A stretch of 35,347 bases of DNA from a virus: IMG/VR virus record IMGVR_UViG_3300044729_000291, positions 1 through 35,347 of that record; one strand, written 5' to 3'. The notes under the pieces are model-generated. The model saw only the letters and a list, made by a program, of their open reading frames with translations, did no database searches and was not told where the DNA came from. A program made the position numbers and the translations under genes. Below, in pieces: positions 29,799 to 35,347 of this stretch (the stretch's first letter is position 1; the number at the start of each line of letters is the position of its first letter).

Positions 29799-31856
29799 TT
29801 ACCTGACAACGGGCTGCGTTTGTTCCTGGACAATGCCGCCAATCTCTTGCGCCAGATTCAGCGCATGGTCTTGGGAGTCCATGTCGATGTTGGCCAGCGT
29901 CTCGACGGTTTTGGCTCGGCTGAGTTCCGCATCGGCCACGGTCTTTACGGTGCTGGCGCGTGCCTGGGCTGCTTTTGCCGTGGCTTCCTCGGCAGCGGCT
30001 TGCAGATACATGGCGTTCGGGTCTTGCGGCTGGCCCTGCATTTCGGCCATGAGTTCCTGCGCCTCGTCCTCGGTCGGCTTGACCACGCCCATGCGAAGGA
30101 GCTTCTTCCTGAAGTAGGCGTTGGCATCGGAAACGCCCTCGCCCTCCATGTTCATCATCGCCATTGCGGTCAAAACTTGTTGCGTTTCAGGGTCTTGCGT
30201 GATCTGCATCATGCCGGTCAAAGCTCGGACCGTTGCCGCACGCTTGCTGCTGGACGATGGGCCGACCTGGGATACAACGTCAAAGGTTGCGTTGCTCATG
30301 TCGTTAGCCATCACCATTGCGCCGGTCTCTGGGTCGATGGTGGGCTGCATTAGCTCGACCATGCCAGCCTCGCCAGTCGGGGCGATGGTTTTCATCTTCC
30401 GCTTGTCCTCGGTGTAGATGTCTCGTGCCATGCTCAACCAAATTTCACCGCAGCGCTTCATGCCTTTGGCAAAGTTGGACATGTAGATAAAGGTCTGCAT
30501 GTCCACGCGAGATTGGATCATCTCCACCGCTTTACCAGATACGCCAGAAACCATCTTATCGGCACCCTGCTGATTGCCGAGAATGTCCTGCATATCGGTC
30601 TCGGTGATCTGAAGCAGAGCCGCCATTGCAGGCGGTATGGCTGCGCTTTTGGTGTAGGCCATTGGCCCGGCAGCTTGCGTGTTGCCATCTGGCCCGGTGA
30701 TCGGGTTGATCAGCAGATAAGGATAATCGCGCAGGTTGTCCTCGGCCCACATCACCTGATGGCCGGCCACCTGCTCAGGCGTCATGATGGGCTTCTCGAT
30801 GCTGGACAAGGCACTAATCTCGCCCAGCTTGGAGAGTTGCATGTTCTTGAGGCGCTGGGCATCTTTGGCCAAGCGCACATGGCCCATGCAGCGCTCGATG
30901 TTGTCCACAAACCAGCGCTTGCCGTAAACGACCACGATCGGGATGCACTTGCCTGCGATGTAGCCGGCATCCTCCAGCACCTTGCCGCCACTCATAATGT
31001 ATTTTCGGACGCGCATACGCTTGACGCGCTTCTGGCGCACTTCCCTTGTGCCGATGGCAATCAGGGTTTCTTCCAACGTCTCGTCGTTCTCAAAGTCTGC
31101 GGCTGTGTAGCGTTCCTCGACGCCGCCGATGGTTTCAAAAATACGGACGGTCTCGCTCTTTTCTTCCAGCTTGTAATACTCAGCCACAAAAACAATATCA
31201 GGCGTTGACCAATCAAACTCGTATTGATGGATGACCTTCGGCCAGTCGGTCGGATCGTCGTTGTATATTTCCTTGTAACTTTCGCGGGTCATGCTCGTGA
31301 CAACGAAGCAGTATTTCGCGTCGGACTTGTCTTGGCGCTTGGCGTTCAGGTCAAAGAATACAGAACTGTCAGCGTCGTAGATCGGCTCAAAGCGGATGCG
31401 CTGGCGGTCATCGTTCTCATCTTCCTCGTCCTCGTAGACGGTGCGTAGACGCCAGGAACCAATGCCGCCACCGACCGCTTCCTCGAAGGCATTGTCGTAG
31501 GCTTCGTCGGCCACGGATGCCTGCTCGTCTGCGCGGTAGAGTCCGTCGCAAACCTCGGCCAGCTTGTCATTCTCAGTGCCGTCTTTGGACACATAGTCCA
31601 CGGTGATCCGGTTGTTGCGGTATTCGTTGACGATCCGAATCACCGACAACATGATCTTGTTGACTTCAAACTTGGGCTTGTTCTCGTATTGGTAGGCCAA
31701 TGGGCCTTCCCATTGAGCGCCGCACAGGGAATAGAAACGACGGTCTTGCAGGCATTGCAGGCGCTCATCACGCAGCGCGGTCTGGATGTCATTGAACTGC
31801 CGCAGGGCTTCAGCGTGCAGATTAGACAGCCGTTGATCGTTCGAGATTCGGGCCAT
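29799..31856 (-). CDS. Portal protein, P22-type
   Basis: 685 aa. ...DRRFYSLCGAQWEGPLAYQYENKPKFEVNKIMLSVIRIVNEYRNNRITVDY... is the conserved N-terminal region of P22-like portals. It follows TerL. Confidence 0.9.
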   Translation of the reverse strand: MARISNDQRLSNLHAEALRQFNDIQTALRDERLQCLQDRRFYSLCGAQWEGPLAYQYENKPKFEVNKIMLSVIRIVNEYRNNRITVDYVSKDGTENDKLAEVCDGLYRADEQASVADEAYDNAFEEAVGGGIGSWRLRTVYEDEEDENDDRQRIRFEPIYDADSSVFFDLNAKRQDKSDAKYCFVVTSMTRESYKEIYNDDPTDWPKVIHQYEFDWSTPDIVFVAEYYKLEEKSETVRIFETIGGVEERYTAADFENDETLEETLIAIGTREVRQKRVKRMRVRKYIMSGGKVLEDAGYIAGKCIPIVVVYGKRWFVDNIERCMGHVRLAKDAQRLKNMQLSKLGEISALSSIEKPIMTPEQVAGHQVMWAEDNLRDYPYLLINPITGPDGNTQAAGPMAYTKSAAIPPAMAALLQITETDMQDILGNQQGADKMVSGVSGKAVEMIQSRVDMQTFIYMSNFAKGMKRCGEIWLSMARDIYTEDKRKMKTIAPTGEAGMVELMQPTIDPETGAMVMANDMSNATFDVVSQVGPSSSSKRAATVRALTGMMQITQDPETQQVLTAMAMMNMEGEGVSDANAYFRKKLLRMGVVKPTEDEAQELMAEMQGQPQDPNAMYLQAAAEEATAKAAQARASTVKTVADAELSRAKTVETLANIDMDSQDHALNLAQEIGGIVQEQTQPVVR

Positions 31857-31879
31857 GTTTGTCCTTTGGGGGCGATTAT

Positions 31880-33103
31880 CTACCAGCGCTTGACATTCGG
31901 CAATGGCAAGAATAGCGCCGGTTTTGTGATTGCCGACCGCCGCACGCCCTCGCAGGCATAGCGCAGGGCGTCGATCACGTGGTTTTTCTTGTCCTCCAGC
32001 AGCGGCAGGATTCTACCGGTCAGCGGGTCTTTCTTGTAGGAATAGAGGCTCAGTTCGTCGATGGTGTGGGTGCAGCGCGGGTGAACCACGATGTCGTAGT
32101 TCTTCAGGAACTCAATGCCTTCCTCGACCGACTTCGGGCCTTTGACGGCGGTCATGATCTTGGGAAAGCCGTTCTTTCTCATGTGGCTGATGGTCTCCGG
32201 CCTGGCTGAGTCGGCCACGATGGGCCACTTCTCGGCCTCCGGCACCTGCATAAATAGCTCTGGCGTGTTGACGATCTCGCAGCCAACCATGTAAGCCTCA
32301 TGGTCGATGTAGAGCGTGCGCCCGATGATGTGGCAGCGCACCAATGTGGTCGGGTCTACCGCAAAGCCCCAGTCTGCACCAAGCCGGTGGATGGCGTCGG
32401 GCGGTGCCTCAAACTCGTCAATGCGCCAGTTCTTGAATACCTGGCTGTTGCTGTTGGTCAGGTAGCTGCCCATCCAGACGTGCCGGAATTTGTCGGGATC
32501 GCGGCGCTTGTCGTATTCCATCTCGTCTTTGAGAACGGAAGGGAACCACGGATTGTCTGAAAAGTTGACCTTAATGACCGTGGCATCCTTCGGCGGCGTC
32601 GGGCCTCGGAGCAGGAAGTCTACCGGGTCAGATTCTTGGCGCGGGTTCCACGTGAACCATAGCTCGCTGCCTGGCTTGCGGATTGTGGGCCGCAGCAGGT
32701 CTAGGCTGTTCTGGCTCAAGCTCTGGGCTTCCTCTACCCAGGCGCAGTCGTAGCCCTCCAGAGACTTTATCGAGTCGGCGGTGTGGTTTTGCATACCCTG
32801 AAAGATGATCGCGCCATCGGACTTCTTGGATTTAATGACGGCATCCTGCACTTCAAAGTATGCGCCGGCATTCATGTCCTGAATCTTAGTCTCAAGCAGA
32901 CGCTTGACGGACTGGTTGAGTGACTTCTGAATCTCCCGCACGCATACGCTGCGCCGCTTCTGGTTCATGATGTGCGCCTCGATCATAAGCTCGGCCATCA
33001 TGTGACTTTTGCCAGATCCACGTCCGCCCCACGCACCCTTGTAGCGGCTCGGCTCCAGCAGGGGCAGCGCCCATTCGGGGGTTGGCAGTTGCAACGTTGT
33101 CAA
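31880..33103 (-). CDS. terL: Terminase large subunit (PBSX / Terminase_3-like)
   Basis: Walker A WGGRGSGKSH. Walker B-like region YDCAWVEEAQ. 407 aa. 4-nt overlap with terS. Confidence 0.9.
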   Translation of the reverse strand: MTTLQLPTPEWALPLLEPSRYKGAWGGRGSGKSHMMAELMIEAHIMNQKRRSVCVREIQKSLNQSVKRLLETKIQDMNAGAYFEVQDAVIKSKKSDGAIIFQGMQNHTADSIKSLEGYDCAWVEEAQSLSQNSLDLLRPTIRKPGSELWFTWNPRQESDPVDFLLRGPTPPKDATVIKVNFSDNPWFPSVLKDEMEYDKRRDPDKFRHVWMGSYLTNSNSQVFKNWRIDEFEAPPDAIHRLGADWGFAVDPTTLVRCHIIGRTLYIDHEAYMVGCEIVNTPELFMQVPEAEKWPIVADSARPETISHMRKNGFPKIMTAVKGPKSVEEGIEFLKNYDIVVHPRCTHTIDELSLYSYKKDPLTGRILPLLEDKKNHVIDALRYACEGVRRSAITKPALFLPLPNVKRW

Positions 33104-33540
33104 GATTTTACCACTACGCGCTCAATCCGCTGCACCAGTGGATTGGCAGGATCGCCAGACACTTCGATCTTATCTCCATACTTTTTCGGGGCCAGCTTGG
33201 ACAATAGCCATTTGCGGGTGTCAACCTGCAGGCGTTGCTTTTGAACAGCGCCTGAGTCGGTTGCGCCGCTGTCAGTGCTGCCAACCGGGGTATCTGCAAT
33301 CTCCAATAGCTCATTAGCCATCTTCTCAATCAGCGCCTCGCGCGCGCGCGCGTAATTTTCCGCAAGCGTAACATCATCATCGACCCAACGGGAGAAAGTG
33401 CTTTGAGGAACGCCAGCGGCTTGACAGGCTTTGAAGGCGCTCAAACCGCTTCGCATTCCATCAATCACCATCTGGCTGATTACCAGCCGATCTTCGCTGC
33501 CTGGCTTAGTTCTCTTGGTTTTGTGGGTTTTGGTGGTCAT
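33100..33540 (-). CDS. terS: Terminase small subunit (N-terminal HTH)
   Basis: AFKACQAAGVPQSTFSRWV (HTH) and the C-terminal DTRKWLLSKLAPKKYGDK motif, both common in small terminases. First gene of the late operon. Confidence 0.75.
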   Translation of the reverse strand: MTTKTHKTKRTKPGSEDRLVISQMVIDGMRSGLSAFKACQAAGVPQSTFSRWVDDDVTLAENYARAREALIEKMANELLEIADTPVGSTDSGATDSGAVQKQRLQVDTRKWLLSKLAPKKYGDKIEVSGDPANPLVQRIERVVVKS

Positions 33541-33561
33541 GCTTCATTGTCCTTTATTTTT

Positions 33562-33590
33562 AATATGCCTGTGGATAACTTTACCGTCAA
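33562..33590 (-). promoter_or_regulatory. Candidate sigma70-like promoter for the late (terS) operon
   Basis: Minus strand: TTGACG (33590-33585), a 17-nt spacer, CATATT (33567-33562), then AAAGGA and the terS ATG at 33540. Confidence 0.45.
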
Positions 33591-33603
33591 ACCCTGCCGC
33601 ATC

Positions 33604-33722
33604 GATGCCCCCCCTGCCCCCTCACTCTTAAGAGTGTGAGGGGAGGGGAGGGGGCTTTTCGAGCGTTTTGCCCCCTAACCCCAAAACCCCCTAAAAGGGG
33701 ATTGAGGGGGCTAGGGGGCATC
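33604..33722. repeat. Nested C-tract/G-tract inverted-repeat element
   Basis: The outer inverted repeat is gatgccccccctgccccctc (33604-33623) against gagggggctagggggcatc (33704-33722). A perfect 14-nt palindrome cactcttaagagtg lies at 33623-33636. The heptamer GCCCCCT occurs at 33616 and 33670, and its complement AGGGGGC at 33649, 33705 and 33713. Confidence 0.9.
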
Positions 33723-35347
33723 ACGATTGCCCACCTTTTCGCATCATCATGGCGCTTGATTGGACATCATCGACCACGATCCAGCCGTGTTCGAAGGTGC
33801 TGATAATCTCGGAAAGGATGAGTGCGCCGATCAGTTTGTCGGGATATGCCACGCTCATATCGTTCTCAATTGTGCGTGGTTTCCGGCCATCGGCTGCCAG
33901 CTTGTCTTTGAGTGCCGACCGGCTCAGATAGGGCAAACCGTCGCGGATTTCGGCACCGGAGGCCCACCAAGCGTTTTCAAAGGTCTTGCGGTGGCTGTCG
34001 ATTTTGCTGTTTTTCTTGGATGGTGCGGGCGCATTGGCCTGCACAATCACCGCACTTGTGACCTGCTGGCCGTCCTCATCGAGCCAGCCGGGAATGGCTA
34101 CCTGCTGCAGCTCAACATGGACGGTTTCGGCCATTTCAGCGTCTTTAGACTTGCGCTGGACGATCTGCATGGGGATTCCTTCCTTGCCCGGCACGATGGA
34201 GATTTCAATATCCAAAGCGCCGCGCCAGGCTGATGAGCCTCGCGCCCGGTGCTGGGCCTCGTCGGAGACGCCAGTGTGGTGGACGAGGATAACGGAACAA
34301 TCGAACTCCATCATCAATGCGTTACAGGCATCCAGCATGGTCTTGGTATCTTGGGCTGAGTTCTCATCGCCAGCCAAGAATCGGTGCAGGGTATCGACCA
34401 CGATCACGCTGGGCGGGTTTGGCAGCATCCTGACCTGCTCGACCACCTTGAGGTAGCCAACCGGGGTGTTAAGGTCGCAGCCGTCCTTTGAGAGCCACAT
34501 CGCCATTTTACCTGTCGGAGCGTTGTGGTGCTTCCAAGCCGCCACCCGGCCACGCAGACCGTGGTGGCCCTCGCCGGCCAGATAGACCACGTTTCCCTGC
34601 CGCACCTTGTGGCCTGCCCAGTCCTCGGTGCCGGATGCCATCCGCAGGCACCAGTCCAGCACTACAAAGGTTTTTCCGCCTCCTGATGGGCCGTGAACCA
34701 TCACCAGGGCTTGGGATTGAATCCAGCGCTTGACAAGCCATGAGATCGGGGAAGGCTGGGCGCAGAAGTCATCGGCTGGTATGAGCCAGTCATCTTTGAT
34801 TGGCATCAAAAGCCCTACAAGATTATGCCCGGCCTGGGCGTAGTCGTTGGCATCACCGAGGATTGGCGGCATGACCATCCGAGCGCCATATTTGGCCGAT
34901 GCCTGCTCTGCATACCTTTGGCCGACGCCAGATAAATCATGATCTGCCACGATCATAATGGATTGAGTGACTCCGTATTTTTCTCGGAGTGTGCCAGTCA
35001 CCGGCACTAAATTGCTAGCGCTGTAGGCCACCACGCAGGGGCGGCTGGTGGCTTCGTGGATGGTCGCTGCCGTGGCAAAGCCCTCGGCTACGAATAGAAC
35101 GCCCGGTTCGTCCATTGTGCCGACCATCCAGTATTTACCGCCTGTTTGCCCTCCGGGGTGATACAGCTTGCCGCCATCATCATCAATGTATTGAAGGGTG
35201 GCGAGGGTGCCATCCGCATTATACAAAGGCACCATCAGCCTGCCATCGCCAGTGGTGCGAACGCCGTGGGTCTGGATGCCCTTGCGTTTCAAGTAGGGGT
35301 GATCGGGATGGGCCGCTATGCCACTGAGCCATATCTTTTCTACCGTC
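33721..35347 (-). CDS. Primase-helicase, C-terminal part (TOPRIM domain plus RepA-like/AAA_25 ATPase); 5' end continues at 519..1
   Basis: TOPRIM: VAEGFATAATI (Glu) and IVADHDLSG (DxD). ATPase: Walker A VHGPSGGGKTF and SVILVHHTG. The track start at 35292 is only an in-frame TTG. The frame stays open to 35347 and, after circular joining, back to ATG 519, giving 672 aa in total. Confidence 0.9.
   Translation of the reverse strand, partial: TVEKIWLSGIAAHPDHPYLKRKGIQTHGVRTTGDGRLMVPLYNADGTLATLQYIDDDGGKLYHPGGQTGGKYWMVGTMDEPGVLFVAEGFATAATIHEATSRPCVVAYSASNLVPVTGTLREKYGVTQSIMIVADHDLSGVGQRYAEQASAKYGARMVMPPILGDANDYAQAGHNLVGLLMPIKDDWLIPADDFCAQPSPISWLVKRWIQSQALVMVHGPSGGGKTFVVLDWCLRMASGTEDWAGHKVRQGNVVYLAGEGHHGLRGRVAAWKHHNAPTGKMAMWLSKDGCDLNTPVGYLKVVEQVRMLPNPPSVIVVDTLHRFLAGDENSAQDTKTMLDACNALMMEFDCSVILVHHTGVSDEAQHRARGSSAWRGALDIEISIVPGKEGIPMQIVQRKSKDAEMAETVHVELQQVAIPGWLDEDGQQVTSAVIVQANAPAPSKKNSKIDSHRKTFENAWWASGAEIRDGLPYLSRSALKDKLAADGRKPRTIENDMSVAYPDKLIGALILSEIISTFEHGWIVVDDVQSSAMMMRKGGQS
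35221..35347. repeat. Terminal overlap, copy 2 (identical to 1..127)
   Basis: Direct comparison of the two window ends. Confidence 0.95.

Noticed and set aside
29638-31208. Several long + strand ORFs (29638..30117, 29763..30353, 30121..30417, 30513..31208) across the portal and scaffold genes
   Set aside because: They are antisense to a confidently identified P22-type portal gene, and their products have the composition of shadow ORFs.
33640-33718. Calling a canonical G-quadruplex in the C/G-tract element
   Set aside because: Each local cluster has only three closely spaced G-runs on a given strand, and a fourth run is more than 40 nt away. Quadruplex formation is therefore possible but not demonstrable from sequence, and the duplex or hairpin alternatives are at least as plausible. 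It is kept only as a hypothesis within the main finding.
1-35347. tRNA genes, CRISPR arrays, integrase/attP, CI-type repressor and toxin-antitoxin pairs
   Set aside because: Non-coding gaps are all 180 bp or shorter, and none folds into a cloverleaf by inspection. There are no spaced direct-repeat arrays. No ORF shows tyrosine or serine recombinase or S24-peptidase repressor motifs. Absence was judged by eye only and should be confirmed with tRNAscan-type and HMM searches.

Overview
The window is a complete, circularly closed tailed-phage genome. Nt 1-127 are repeated exactly at 35221-35347, so the unit length is 35,220 bp. One gene, the primase-helicase, runs across the window ends. There are four blocks. 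(1) A divergent early control region lies at about 695-807. (2) A tightly coupled rightward early operon (808-10308, + strand) encodes a Sak4-like ATPase, a DUF669 SSB-like protein, an SNF2-helicase/N6-N4 methyltransferase fusion, a Cas4-like Fe-S nuclease, a 192-aa C5-methyltransferase-like protein with almost no target-recognition domain, an SF2 helicase, an NrdR-like zinc ribbon and a VRR-NUC nuclease. (3) A leftward Cro-like gene is coupled to a TOPRIM primase fused to a RepA-like helicase (519..1, continuing 35220..33721). (4) A late operon of about 23 kb on the minus strand (33540 down to 10309) has P22-like order: TerS, TerL, portal, scaffold, coat, gp4-like, gp10-like, needle-like, three ejection-protein-like genes, receptor-binding genes and lysis genes. 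I saw no integrase, CI-type repressor, DNA polymerase, RNA polymerase, tRNA or CRISPR array. All functional calls come from motif and family recognition by eye; no searches were run. The items most worth follow-up are: the 120-bp C-tract/G-tract nested inverted-repeat element between the primase-helicase stop and terS; the DNA-modification pair (helicase-MTase fusion and the TRD-less C5-MTase-like protein); a GNAT acetyltransferase and a HiPIP-like Cys-cluster protein inside the virion module; a lysis cassette with four consecutive membrane proteins and no recognisable spanin; and a low-GC modular receptor-binding cassette.
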